Shown in pieces: positions 1-13,590 of a DNA stretch of 64,000 nt. Position numbers and translations under genes: made by a program. The stretch spans positions 18,724,001 to 18,788,000 of the forward strand of contig OZ249442.1 in assembly GCA_965235115.1 (NCBI GenBank), written 5' to 3'. The notes under the pieces are model-generated. The model did no database searches. It was given only the letters and a program-made list of their open reading frames with translations, and was not told where the DNA came from. How positions within the stretch are numbered: position 1 is the stretch's first letter; every line of letters starts with the position of its first letter. The DNA comes from Laetmonice hystrix (taxonomy: Eukaryota).

Positions 1-1420
1 ATGCACGCCGCGTCGAGGGCTATCTTGTGTTAAGAGGACATTAAGAGTAGGTTGGTATAGCTTAAGAATGGACAAATATTTCCTTATTAAAAGGCTTTAT
101 TTATTCAGCCTGGTCAGTGAAGTGTGTAGAGCGCAGACCGTCAGCGCAGACAACAGGTGAAGTTGACACGCACTTCACTTCATCCTCCTACACATAGAAT
201 GTGGTGTGCACTGACTCAAGACATATCATGTGTCAAGTCATCGGCCGGCATTAAGATATCAGTATGTCATTCACATATGTACCCTTGCTTGGAACAATGC
301 TAGCTGTGCTCTGTCCACATCACGTACCGTCTCCATGTTTGCAGGCTGGCCTCATTGTAAGCAGTGAAACACATACTGTTTGAGAGCACTCCCAAATGAG
401 ACATTACATGTGCACAACTTAAACATGCAAGAATCATGAAAGACAGATTGTAGTAGAATATGTGCCGGGGGTTGTAATATTCCTGTGTCTGACCTCGGGT
501 ATTGTGCGCTATCTCGTTAGCATAAGTGAACATCCTTCAAAGTGGCGCCAAGAAAAAAAAACCTCCGGGTGTCTTGTTTACTTCCTTCAGCCATGTAAAC
601 AGTGAAATAAAAAGCAGGTTATCCCAGACTGATTGCATTTATATTTGCTATGTCATGCTTGCATGATACTGACTTGAACGTGAAGGGTGCACGTTTGGGG
701 GATCAATATTATCCATGGTGTTTGTTTTAAACAAGTACATCTAACTGCACAACAGGTGAGACAGGTTTTACAGGTTAGCCTCATGTACGCGGTCCATTCA
801 AAGAGAACTGCACTTTTGTATGTCATAAAAATCTGACGTCTCGGTGTAGCAATAAAACAAGATCATCAACATGTCAGTTGCCAACTCCCTTGTTTGACCT
901 ACCCCCAACACAAACGGCTCCCGTTTCTATACAAAAGCCGCCCGTCCATTGGAATGTCACACCAAGCAGTGGTTTTCATTTTATACTCAGAGAAAATATC
1001 GCGAGGTGTCACACCGTTATTATAAGAGATTTCAAGTCGAACCCATTGGAAGTCGTTACAGCAGGGAGCGCGTTGATCCTGCCTGGAAAGTGGGAGCTTG
1101 GTGGACACTACCGGCCATTCAGGTGCCATATTGGTGTCTTATTTGCCGCAAGTGTCAACACTGTTCGCTCATTGACCTCTCGCTTATGGCCAGGAATGTT
1201 GACACTGGCTTTGTAGCCAACAGTAAAGACGGCAGCGAACAACGAGACTGACCGGCTAATTGCCCCGGCCGAGGACGTTCACCATCATCAGCGGTAACCA
1301 ACCACCGCCCCCTTCGTCTACACCTCCCTGTGGGCCCCGTGTGCTTGGGGTGGGGGCCCGCGTGTCCGGGGAGCCTGGGCCTCCCCAGAATCGGTGTCAC
1401 CGGCACCGGCGGAGGGGAGG

Positions 1421-1562
1421 AGGCCACGAGGGGCTGGTGGGGCGGGGGGGGGGGGGGGGGGATTGGGGTGTGGGGGTCGGCCTGTGTCAACGTCATCACT
1501 GGCTTGTTGTCTTCAGGTGTGTGGGGGGGGGGGGGGGGCGCATGACGTGGGCGGGGGTGGGT
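1421..1562. repeat. G-rich low-complexity tract with G18 and G16 homopolymers
   Basis: G run at 1444-1461 (18 nt) and 1523-1538 (16 nt) plus several GGGG tracts. Explains the Pro/Gly-rich ORFs in the track. Confidence 0.9.
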
Positions 1563-4500
1563 GCAGGAAAGAAAGGCCAACCATGATCACTTTTTAGCGC
1601 TTGACTTTATAAATAATAGATTTCATAGGCGAGATCCATCATAATAAACCACTGCCACATGTTTTGTCTTCAGGCAGTAGTTACGAGTAGCTTAGAACTT
1701 AGAATATAGAATACGATCGATTGGATAATTACCAATAATTGTTCAGTTGTACAGCTGATTATAATTCACGGTATAATATTAAGGTTGTTCAACCCTTGGA
1801 ACCTAATGAGCCAAAGTTATATGGAACTCGTTGGTCACAAACGGTAGAATCTTACTGCGTGCAGAGTTTATTGGTAATTTTCCAGCGACCATTCACAATT
1901 TCGGAATGTGCTTGCAAGGAAAGATATCTGGCCGTGTCCCCCGCCCTCCAAAAAAAAGGTCAAAAAAATAAAAAGGTAAAACCTAAACGAAATCTAAGTT
2001 GTTCCCTGGACCAACTACTGATATCTAAGTTATGAATAAGGTGACCATCTTTTGCTCTTTTTCTGGAGAAAGGAGGAAGATCATGCTGTCAGATTTCTTC
2101 TCTTTTTAGAAAGTCTATTGTGGTAAACTACCTGCTGCTTTATATGAAGGATCCATTAAGTTTCTGAGGAATGTATCATATTCACGAGTAGCTTACAAAG
2201 CTCTTTCAATAGCCAGCCATCAATTAAGATATTTCCCTGTGTCCTGTATCATATATCTTAGTTTAGGTAAAAGGTGGCGTGCGATATACGTGCTGTAGGT
2301 TTAATCCAATCACACAGTGGTATCAAATGGGGGGACAACTTTGGTAGTTAGTAGCGTTGTGTAATCAGGCTAATAGCCAGGATGAGCTGTTTTTTCGCCT
2401 CCTGATGATCATGTTACTAATGGCTACAATCCTATTATAGTGTAAATCTTGTCTTGACGCGGCCATCATAATGGAGAATGGTTACAACAAAGCCCATCTG
2501 AGCGAGAGAGAGAGTGAGGCTGTGAGTACAGCCACATTGCCGTCAGTATATCGCTGCCGACTGGTGGAGGTGTTGATGAGGTTACAAACATGGCCCCCAT
2601 TACATTCAGAAAATGGCGTTGAACATACGCCATGCTTACACCTACATCCTCCGTGTACGTAACCTTCGTCCTCGTACTCCTACTTTAACTGCCGTGCCAT
2701 GGATCGCTGACATGAAGGGTGTGATGTAATTACCGAGACGAGAACAATTAATTACGGGTGCTTAGCAAAGAAAGCAGCTAAGCGAGGGTAAAAAAGAGAA
2801 GATTGGGGACTCAAGTGAACATTACTATTAGTTGGGTGGTCGTATAGTACATCCCAATGTGAATCTAGCGGACACTGTATTGAGACTTCTTTGATTTTTT
2901 TTTTCTGTTCCTGCAATAAGAAAAGTAAGTTTGCTCAGATATTTAACTTGGCTGTGCCGGATGTTCGAAGAAAGAGGATAGGGTTATACAACATGAGAAT
3001 GATTGTATTAGGGTGGCATTATAACATCCGCCTGGGTGGCATTTTAGGGTAATCCAGGTGTGAAAGGAGGATTTATAAGAGACACTACAGGCAGGAGTTA
3101 TTTCGGAAAGGAAAAAAACTCCAAGAAACTGCATTTTTGTAGATTCAAAAATTAGAATACGTCAAAGAGGGAGACAACATACATGTCGCGAGATTTAAAC
3201 AATGACTCATTCATGAGAATTGGAGATCTGGTCTCTGGTTCTATAGACATATGCCATGGACAGTACCATGGCCGCCATTGCCAGTACATTAGGTGAAAGA
3301 AGATCAGTTTTCTATTTCACACAGCTTCCGTGGTCGCCCGTACAGATCCTCGGGTGTCGCCCATCCAAACCAAGATTGCAAACGTTGAAATCTAACTATG
3401 TATTGAGGCCCACAGTTGCAATATAATACTGTCCTCCTTAGAGAAATCGGCGCCTGTCTTCTACAGTTGGTGGGACAATGAGGACAGAGCAAAATGGAAG
3501 GTTCTGGTAAAGCCAATACAAAAAGCCATTGCATACATCTACCTATATCTTCAATAGTAACATTTCGGTCTTTCTCAACAAATGTTTCAGCATTGATAGT
3601 TGGGCACTGACAATGAAAGTGATCAGAAGTAAGAAAAACAAGTAGAACATATCTAGAAATGTACAGTCTCACAGGTGCCGGCCTGAGGCAATGGTGTTTA
3701 CTTAAATAGTAAACAGGACATTTAAAGAAATCCAACCCTTTTTATAACGGGAATGAAACTGTAAAGTGATGACATGTAGTCGTTCTGATAAAAGCGTGCT
3801 AAATATTGACGAAACGCCGGCAGCAGTCGTAGGCGTCATTCATTTGAAAAATGGTGCTCCGGTAATGCTGTGGGGCTTGATTAGGATAAGCAGGATTTGA
3901 AGCATTACTACATCCAAAGGGATGACGACAAGATGTGTGTGCACCATCAGGGTGGTGGGGTTTGGAGGCAGACGACCACCCATGTGGCACCGATAACACT
4001 GGGATATAATATATTGCATGTTGCATATTTCAACCTTTCCTCGCTCTCGTAAATTGCCTGAGTGAAGGGCATGAAATGGAGAAATTTTCTATTAATGGCC
4101 TGAAAAAAAGAAAACATGCAGACAATTAAGAGTCCTTAAGCTTAGATTATCACTTGTTCCTGCGACAGTCTCCGTTTCATCGCCGTTCTGCATGCAAACA
4201 GAAAAGCAGCAGTGTCACCAACACACATGTGTAATTATAATTCAGAAGTGCGTGTTCAGGCACTTAATGCAAGTCTGCACTTAGGTCCAAATGAGTGATA
4301 ATTGGCCTTTATTAAAGTGCGAGGAATCTCATTTTACTAAGGGAAAAGAAATACCCAGCATGGTCTTTTTAAGTGGTCATGCTTGCTATCAATCCATATG
4401 CACTGTTTTAAGGAGAACGCACGGTCAACTACATAAGAAGAGGAGATTCACAATATAAATGTGTGGAATTGATGTGTCTCTACCTTGTATCCGAACACAA

Positions 4501-6798
4501 ATGTCTGGAAGTTTGAAATGTCTAATTTTCTAATACGCTGATTGCACATTTTAGATTGTTATTTCTTTGTTTGATTATAAGCAAGTGCTGCAGTCTGACT
4601 GATTACACCAGAAAATAGATTTGATTTGAGGACAGAAAAAGAAGCAAAAAGCACCGGCGAGAGTGCACGATTTGCCCTCAATGACTTCTTCATTCAATCT
4701 CTGAATCGAATTGGAGCTATTTCTTGGTAGAAGGCAACCAAGTACCCCTTTACATTATGACATGCCACCTATTAACTACAAAGTATTCAGGTACATTTCT
4801 GAGATCTTGAGTGCATTTCCCAGGGAGGGTTCATAAGAACGGAAGAAGAAATGATTTATCGGGGCAAAGTTGGCGACTTTGGAGAGCAGTCACGGCCGGC
4901 TGTGGCATGTACGGAGCGGGCGAATTTCCTGGGGAGCCAAGTGCATTAATACACTCCAGCTATTAGCACATGCATGTACATTAAAACAAATGACCCATTC
5001 TGTGTTTAAATACCAGTATTGCATGTTAAGAGTCAAATTTATGGAATTTATAAGACGGGAAAAATGGCGCAAGTTGCATCATGGCTGTCAAGGACATGAC
5101 AGAATAGTGTGTGTGTGTGAATTACAGCATTCTGTCCCATTGAGTCTAGATTTGGAGCCTAATGTGGCTCTTAGAGGGAAAACAAAATGGAAGGCATGTT
5201 ATTATTCTTTATGTTGGGTGCTCCAATGGCGCACACCCCATAGTTAGGCAGCTCTCATAAATGTCCAAAGTGACTGATCGGGTTGGGCACACGCTCTGCC
5301 ATTATGATAAGAATTTTGGAGGTAAGACATTTAGTGCTGCCATCGTGTCATAATGCCATCCACCAATACTGCTTAGCATGATACTTGGACATTGCCTTAG
5401 CTTTCAGCAGCCCAAAATGGGCGAGTAAGAGCCCGGTGACCACCCAGGCCAGCTTGATGGAAGATCAAGACAATAATACTCCAGGTGGGAGGGGGATGGG
5501 GGAAATCTTTTGGGCCAGCTCATTTCGTGCTGCTATGATGTGATCGCCGCTTCAATATGTGTCAGTCTGTGGTCAGGACTTGACACATAGTACGTGCTGT
5601 CATCAGCAGGTCGCTGGCGGGGGACGGCTAACCGTTCAGTTAATGCCTTTTGTTACGGCCGTATCAGAAACCACTTAAGACTCCCTTCATTACTCGACAC
5701 TTATGCATGTCACGTGAGGACCGGTGGTAACTGATATCACGGGCTCAACAGTAGTTGGTAATGGGGTCATGTGTCACGTGTCGACTCAATGACTTTGTAT
5801 CTTCCGGTTAAGATCCAAGTAACCCACCACTCGCCATCTGTCTCATCTCCACTGTTAATTTCGGGGAGAAACATGCATAAAAGCCGCAGGAAAAGATTAC
5901 CTCCGTGTCGTAATCAATCGTCAGATCTGCCTTCCTGCATTATTAGTATGTTTTAGTCTCCTAAGAAAAAAACCACTTTGTGTTCAAGAAAATTGAACTC
6001 AGTTTACCCATCAGCGTGGTTCGACTCACCGCCATGGCGTGCTCATAAAAAAAACTCTGCCGGTTCTTGTAACGGAGGCTCATTCAAAACAAGTATTTCA
6101 TTGATACTGCAAACGCTTTAACGGTTTCTGAATCGATTTTAATTCATGGCCGTGTTGGAGGGTATGTGAAAAACGGGAGGTGCCTGCGGGGTTGATAATT
6201 AGCGGCGCCAGCAGACGACAGTCGGCGGCAGATTCCCGCCACCCGCTCAGCACCTACGGTCTGTAGTACACACCCAAGGATCAGTTGTTCATGGCCACAT
6301 CCAAGTACAAATGAACATCAAAGGGGACGAATACTCCTGCCTGCTTCACAACAAAATATCTTCACTGTGACTGTGTGCAGATTTAAATACAGATGCGTTT
6401 TCAATCGTATTGTTTGATTCAAAAAAATCGCTTTAGTAAGTAATAGTTTTGTGACTTTATTTAAAAACCTGAGCCCTAAAGGCTAGTATCACTGATCAAG
6501 TAATGCAGGGGCGTTTAACTAAGGATCGTTGGTTTAACTATGGAATTGATGAAGCCCAGGGAGCTTTGTGAAGATTCTAAGTAATAAATATTCCTAGGAG
6601 TGAAAAATGGTGTGGATGTTGAAAGGTGGGCCGGCTATAGATGAATATTATAGAAAACTTCGAAATATATGGATGTCCTTTCCTGGTATGATAAACCAAT
6701 AGATAAATCTGTACATAGCCGTGAAAGGTTATTTTATATTTATTTATTTATTTATTTACTAGCCAAGGTGGACTAGTAATTTATTTATTATTTATTTA

Positions 6799-7125
6799 CT
6801 AGCCAAGGTCCGTCCTCGGCGGAAGCCGCCAGGCGACGTTGTTTACAAACACTGAACCATTCTGCCACCTGGTGGTAGATCTGTCCATGACAGCATTATG
6901 TACGAATGGGGGAACCCACTTGGGCTATAAATAGATTACGCAGATCCCCATTAGACAAGGCCTTAAAACAACACTTCCCTTACAGTTAATGTCGCCAATT
7001 TTACGCAATGACAATCTTTGAGTAAAACTTCATCTTTTCAAGATGAGCACAGTTACACACTCGAGCCTCAATTCGAGAACATCCGTGACACAAATTCCCT
7101 CTTTCCCTCTTATTATAATTATAGA
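6799..7125 (-). mobile_element. Non-autonomous Helitron (~327 bp), apparently complete
   Basis: Minus strand reads A|TCTATAATTATAATAAGAG... at 7125 and ends ...CTAG|T at 6799. GC-rich hairpin at 6814-6833 (cct-c-ggcgg-aag-ccgcc-agg) lies 11 nt before the CTAG. Inserted at an AT dinucleotide in a (TTTA)n tract that continues on both sides, with no TSD. This matches the established Helitron terminal signature. Confidence 0.8.
6863..6875 (-). promoter_or_regulatory. CTCF-core-like motif CCACCAGGTGGCA (inside the Helitron)
   Basis: Matches the CCASYAGRKGGCR core. Motif match only. Confidence 0.4.
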
Positions 7126-10100
7126 TTTATTTATTTATTTATTTTCACTTGATTGGATACAATCCGGAGAAAAATATGTCTCAACATTCAATGATGCGAC
7201 ACATAGCCTAGTGATCAAAATGTGTTTGGCATTTAGTCAGGATGCCTTTTTTTTACTCTGGAGACAAATCTATGTATCTAAACGGTCAATTCTGTCCTCG
7301 CCAAAATCTACTAGAACAAATATTCCACACATACATGTAGGCCCACTCATATTGAAGTTGTCTGTATGCTCAGTTACCAAATTATGATGGGTAATGGTTC
7401 CAGAGATCCCAGAAAGAATAAATGTGATATCCCATTCACAGTTGGATACCCTAATGTGAGACGCCGCCGAATGTCGTACTGATACCCTGTCCGTGGTGGG
7501 TGTGGGTGTGGGTAGGGAGAGGGGTTCAAACTTAGCGCACCCATTGTGTGCCGTGGCTCGACTGGTTCGCTTTACGCTGACCCCAAAGACCGTTTAGATC
7601 CCTAAGTATTACAAAGACGAGACATGATCGTCAATAAGCAGTGCACATACGACGCTGTTATTCAACACATTGTGGTCAAAATGTGTTTGGGATTTAGTCA
7701 GGAGACCCTTTTCAGAGTTATACTCAGGTCGTTTGTAATAGTTGCGGGTTGCGGGAGTAATTCGGCTAGCCAAGTCACAATACCCAGTGCATATGGAGAT
7801 TCCTCAGTCAGATTGTCCTCATATCAAAACATTCCGGGGGAGGGGTAAGGCACTGAAGATGGTCTAAATGATACTATCGCATTATAAGTGTTTGCTTAAA
7901 GGGCAAATGTTATAACCCGGTGGCCTTTAGCCAAGGTGTCACCTGCTACCCCAAATATTATTGGCAACTCACAAGGGGGTAATGGCAACAGATGCCAGGC
8001 CGAGACGGCAGGGCAGTCTTTAGGACGGTATCTCAGCCGGCGAGGAGGCGGTAGATGGACAGAGATGGAGGCTACCCTGGTGGCCGGGTGACTCCAACAG
8101 GTCACCATCCTTTGTGGTACTAGAGGTGGACGTTCAGTGTAAAATATACGGAAACACACCAAGGACGGGGAGATTCCCAGCGAATCCGACCGTTTCTTAT
8201 TCTGGTATACTCATTGACCGAGCTCTGACTCCTCTGGAATGTACCTGTCAGGGTCCAACCTCGAATTTTTGTCTGAGACTACAGTCTCATTCCTCCCTCG
8301 CCCACCGTCTCACGCCCTGGCCCCTCCTGAGGATCCCACATAAGAAACATTTCTGAGATATCTGCACCAAAATGGGCAACGTCTTCATTGGTGTCTTAGT
8401 GTTGACCAAACGGAAGTGGCCGAGTTATATTTAACAAACCGACAGCGAGCAGGGGAAGGTGTTATCTGAGAAAACAGGACAGTGATGACTCAGTGCCATT
8501 GTGGATGGCCAGTGGTGAGAACCGTGTGAGTCGGAGACATGGAGGCATGGGGAGTTCGTCCTCACCAGAATGTCCTCACCAGTACAATCACGCCCACACC
8601 TACTGCCATCAGATACGAAATCTTGTACTTCCACACGAAACGTTCACTTTGTTACTCCGGCTTCTGTAGGGCACCAATCAGTTACACCAGAAACACAATC
8701 CATGTTACCCCCCAAGCAACGCTGCAGAAACGTTTCCAGAACCAATTGAACGAAAACTAGAGCACCTTGTTAAAACGGATAGATTTGACAGTGATCGGGC
8801 ACGTAAATGCGATTACATCTTTTGCAAATAAACAGAATACAAAACCAAAAAAACTTTGCTCTTATCTGACCTGAATTTGTGGTATTTGGTGAATCCTTCA
8901 CTTGCTGAACCTTTGTAGGTTGTTTACAAGATATATTCTCCGATATTTAGAGAAAGGAAAGATGCCACGGAGGAAAAAATACAGCTATGCCGTGTAATAC
9001 CTAGCGCGGCCGAGGCGTCCTGGTCCGTCGTCATGCCAAGCCACCCACCCACTATGAATAGAAATGGGAACGATTTGGCAAATAATCACGAGCAGAGGAA
9101 GGCAGTCTGGTGAGAAAAAGGTGTACGAACATATTATCTGCTGTACTCATTATAACAGTTAGACCTTTGTGGAAATGAATTTTGCCACAGGCGAAACGTT
9201 CATAGATATCTGGACTAAGTAGCTTTATTTGTCTCCACTGGTGAACACACACGGCCTTGGAAAGCGATGGAAAGTGACAGCAAGATTGCAATGTAATTCA
9301 TCAGTATCCAGGCTGTTTTATAAGAACACATAGATAAGAACTCCCTGGGAAAGAACCAATGAATGACCTCAGAGACAACTATTAAATGACCTTGTTTTGA
9401 CCTTGAGGAACGCATGGACCAGATGTGGTCAGATAAGACAGGACAGTAGGGGTGAATTGCATTGCCATGACAACTGCCAGCACGGCCCAATGACAGATAG
9501 AGGCTTGATGAAGTGAAAGGCACATTGAGCAGTTTACTTCACTCGTCTCCTTGTTTTGTTAGCCACGTAATTTTCTTCTCAGGTCTGTTTCTTGGCCTGC
9601 AGGGCTGGGATTTTGATGACAGGCCACACAATACACCAGTGACAACAATGACCGGCCAGCTCCCCACTCCACATGCACCCTAATTTACACTGGCCCCTGC
9701 CTGGCATCAAGACAACATAACAAGAAAATTTCACCTTGGGGGCGCAGAGAAATCACGTAGCGAAAACTTGTCCACTGGAGGAGCAGCCTAATTAGGTTTT
9801 TGGCAGGAGTGCTGGCCGCGTGAAAGGAGTGCGGGGTCAGCGCGTTGGAATCATAAACAAGTTTTCATGTCAGCGGCGCATGATTTTATGTAACCCTTAA
9901 TTGGCAGCTCCACAGCTGCAAAGGGTGTTGATAATTTGGTTCACATATTTCATAACTTGGACTTAATCTGCCACAAATTGGATCGGGAGAATGTGGAGGA
10001 ACTACCATCGTAGGAGTTCACCATCTGCCCGCTGTAGAATACCTCTCATTAGATGATTTGGGTAGGTTGAGCTTTGGAGAGCGATGAATTGGGCTCTAAG

Positions 10101-13096
10101 TATGATGTTGTAGGTTCAGCTGAGATAAGACAAAGCGAACTAAATTGAATGATGTCTCATTTTGTTGCTGTCTTATACGATTATTACAAATGATATCAAC
10201 CGCTATGTAGAATAGTAAATGATAGATGAGACTTGATTGCTGACTCATCAAAATGTTTAATTAAGAAAGTCAACGCATCGTTATCCGTTGTCAAGTATTT
10301 CAGTGTTTTAGGGTCTATCGCTTCCAATGTGAGATTTTTCAGCGTGCTGCCTTAGCGATGTATACAATAATGAACTCATGGTATGAAAATTATGTACATA
10401 TTTTATCGCTAACATATCTATCACAGTACTAGCTGCATCAAATGTACCGTATGAGTCGGCCCTTGCACTTGCCTTGTCATTTAGAATCTGGGACTCGAAT
10501 AGGCACACATTTCATTAGGGTAACGCTCCACATTTAGCGGGGAGTTTTTACACTGTCTGGTCTTGTTATTCCAATTGACCGTTGGTACTTTTTTGTTCTT
10601 CGGGCAGTGAACGCAGACGGGAGAACTATGTGTACGTATATTTGTCCCTGAAAAATATGACCAAAAGACATGGGTTTCTACCAATGTATTCATCATAGTC
10701 CCTAAAGTAGTAGGCGTGAAAAATATACGATTGTACCAGGCGCAGACGAAGTTCCTAATTATCTTTCTGGAATGGGAACTAGAACGGAGGCAAATTGAAG
10801 CCAGGAAGTTTGGATCTCGAAGATTGGAGCAAAAGAATCATGTCAACTATTTCATATGCTTTGGACAAATTGGCGAATGCATTGCTTCAATAGTGTATGA
10901 TAATTAGGTTCCATAGCTCTGTCTACTTGTTGGATTGGGGTTCCTAAGTATTTTTCTAAAATATCTGACCTGCCTCCCACCTTCGAGATAGATTTTTAGC
11001 CAGAGTTTTCCGGAGTAAACAAAACACTCTCGGTATTTTCTCGACAGATTTTTATGATGAATTAAACAGCGATGTACTGTTAAATAGCTTTTCGCGTGAA
11101 GATGTTAAAAAAATGAACGGTTTCGTCGGGGAACTATATCGTTGTGCGCATGCAGTGTGCACTAGGGTTCCGGAAGAAGCAGCATGGCTGCAGCCTTGCT
11201 TTCGAGCGACCCCGACGAGAAATGTAGAATGTGAGGGTGACAGTACATTTCGTCGCAGTCTGTTTACAAAACCTATGTATATTAAACCTAAGAAGTGACA
11301 GAAGGTGCATAGATTTTGACGAGGTAAGCATGAAAACCGGAAGAACGCTCAACAAGGTTGACATGATTCCTTTAACACAATTTTTACAGGTAACGACCTG
11401 AAAAAAAGAAAAGGAATTATAGCAGATCTGAAAATGTCAATTTTGTGAAAAAAATAACGAGGCTGATAATGATTATAATGTATTTAGGTTGCCGCAAACA
11501 CCAGTAACATGTCTACGACTATAGTTTTCAACTATCCTTGTAAAATGATAATACCTGTCGCATCCTTTTGTTACTGTCACTAGGGGATCTAAAAAAAAAC
11601 ACCTTTCAGCTCCTGAAAGGTAGACTTCATTAAAACGGATCGGTTCAGGTGAGGAACATCTACCTGAATCTTTTTCAGCACACTTAATTTTCACACCATA
11701 ATTAGAAAAAAAATTGCATGCTTCCCGACAATGCGAAGCATCCGTGACAACTTTTATTTGAAAACACCTTTTCCTTTCGAATATCGTGTGGCTAATAATA
11801 ATACACTGATATTTGCAGGGAGTGATAGCAATTTCTATTTACATTTGATGACCTTAGCGTGGTAGGGATATTGCCTTTTTTTGCTTGACTTTGTGAAGAA
11901 GTAAAGGTGCATGTTAAGATTATCTCTGAAAATGCCTCTCTAAGGTGGGACTTTGATGGAAGTCTTTCTGGCAGGGCGTGGCAAGGGATGTACGTAATGT
12001 CAGCAGGAAAGGCCAGCAACTGCACATCATTTTCCAATTACCGGCAATTCAACATAGCAGTGGCAGATGTTACCGTCAAACCGTGAGAAGTGATCTTGTC
12101 TGAGAGAAGTAATGTTTTTATCCCATTTAACTAAAGACCATATGAAGTCGTGGCATCAAATGACGACAGTTTTAGAAGGTCACTCTCTTCTCCATGAAGC
12201 CTGAATTCATCCTGAGTTATCGATGCTAACAGCACCATGAAGGCATCGACAACTTTTCACAAGTTCGTGACTAAACATCAATATGCTTATTGTTGGCTGC
12301 AGTAGAACACATGCCAAATCTGCATTGATGGGAACGGCCCTTGTAATTGAGGTGATCTCCGGTAGCCTAAGTAATAAGACACACTGTAGTAGGCACATAA
12401 TGAAATATACACTTGTATTTTTAGCAATATGGAAGCCTGTTTTTCTACTAAATCAAATTGGATCACATCACTAAATTCACTAATGAAAGATAACTATAAT
12501 GTATGGCGGCAAGTATTCCTACATGACATTTACAGCTTCATTGTAACATCAGATTTGCCGGCATTGTGAGGAGCCTGTCCAAATATTTCGTGAAACCTCC
12601 AACTAATTTTGTCAAGGATTTTTTAACATAGACGGCCAGGAGACATATGGAAATAACGTTTTCGCTACTTTAATGATAGTTTTATTGTTGTATCATATAA
12701 CTCGGGCAATCTTAATCAGCTTCAGACAGGAAATAACAATGATGTCCGAATGCAAACAAACATGACAAAAGCCGGAGGGATCTTATAAGATGTTTATTTA
12801 ATTTCAATTACTTTCAATGAGGCTGATGAAAAGTAAAGCATAAGGAAGATTATATAAAATGTCTCTCGGACCTATCATTGCATGGCTGAAAAAGATGAAG
12901 GTGATGAAGAAAGAGTTGCACATATCAGTTGATGGCCAGTGCAGCAGATGTGGCTTTAATTATTTTGTGTACTTCTTCCCCATTTTGAAACTCAGTGGAG
13001 TCAGACAGTTATCATTATGTGGGGGTGGTGGCGGGTGGGCGGAAACAAAGTTGGTCCTCACACGATGCAGCCACTGTCAGGGTTGAAGGACTTTCT

Positions 13097-13132
13097 GTCA
13101 CGTGGGTCGTCACGTGGGTCGTCACGTGGGTC
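13097..13132. repeat. 3 x 12-bp tandem repeat GTCACGTGGGTC
   Basis: Exact copies start at 13097, 13109 and 13121; each contains CACGTG. Confidence 0.95.
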
Positions 13133-13590
13133 CCAACGTCACACTACTGGTCATACACGTCGGTGATTGGCTGATCTTGACGACCACCTTTAGACAAAAA
13201 GTACAATAAATACAAAACAGTTTGTTAACCTCTCATCCCTTATACAAAATCAGGTATTTGAATGCTGGGACATGATGAGACGTATTCATTATCTACATTA
13301 TTGAACTTTTTACTACTTCAATAAAATAAATTTTCAAAAGGTGTCAGGAACAAGTTGTGCAGAGAATCAAATTGAGGATGTCAGTATTTTAGTGGTATTG
13401 TCGTAGATATCGGATAAGTGGAATGAAGTGAAAAGGGTGAGTTGTGAGCGGCATTTGTTCGGCCGTCGATCTTGTTTCAGATTGTCAGGCTTTCCCTAAT
13501 CCTATAGTCCCACAGATGTACGTCGTTGTTTCTGCTTTGACCTTCTGGCCTGCATTGATACAAGACGACCTTTCATTTCCAGTACCTAAC

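Noticed and set aside
1155-1597. Pro-rich and Gly-rich ORFs
   Set aside because: Produced by G homopolymers; present on both strands and in several frames.
3784-3876. SDKS..NIDET..VMLWG resembling Tc1/mariner DDE motifs
   Set aside because: Spacing is wrong, the downstream QDNA and SPDLNPIE motifs are absent, and no TIRs were found.
4866-4883. KVGDFG kinase-like motif
   Set aside because: No HRD or APE motifs at suitable distance and no exon boundaries.
6017-6030. GGTTCGACTC B-box (tRNA or SINE)
   Set aside because: No A-box at proper spacing and no cloverleaf.
10480-10640. LINE C-terminal-like peptides on the minus strand (FSRLR, TRQCKNSPLNVE, CLFESQILND)
   Set aside because: Scattered over three frames with key Cys/His residues missing; needs an HMM hit.
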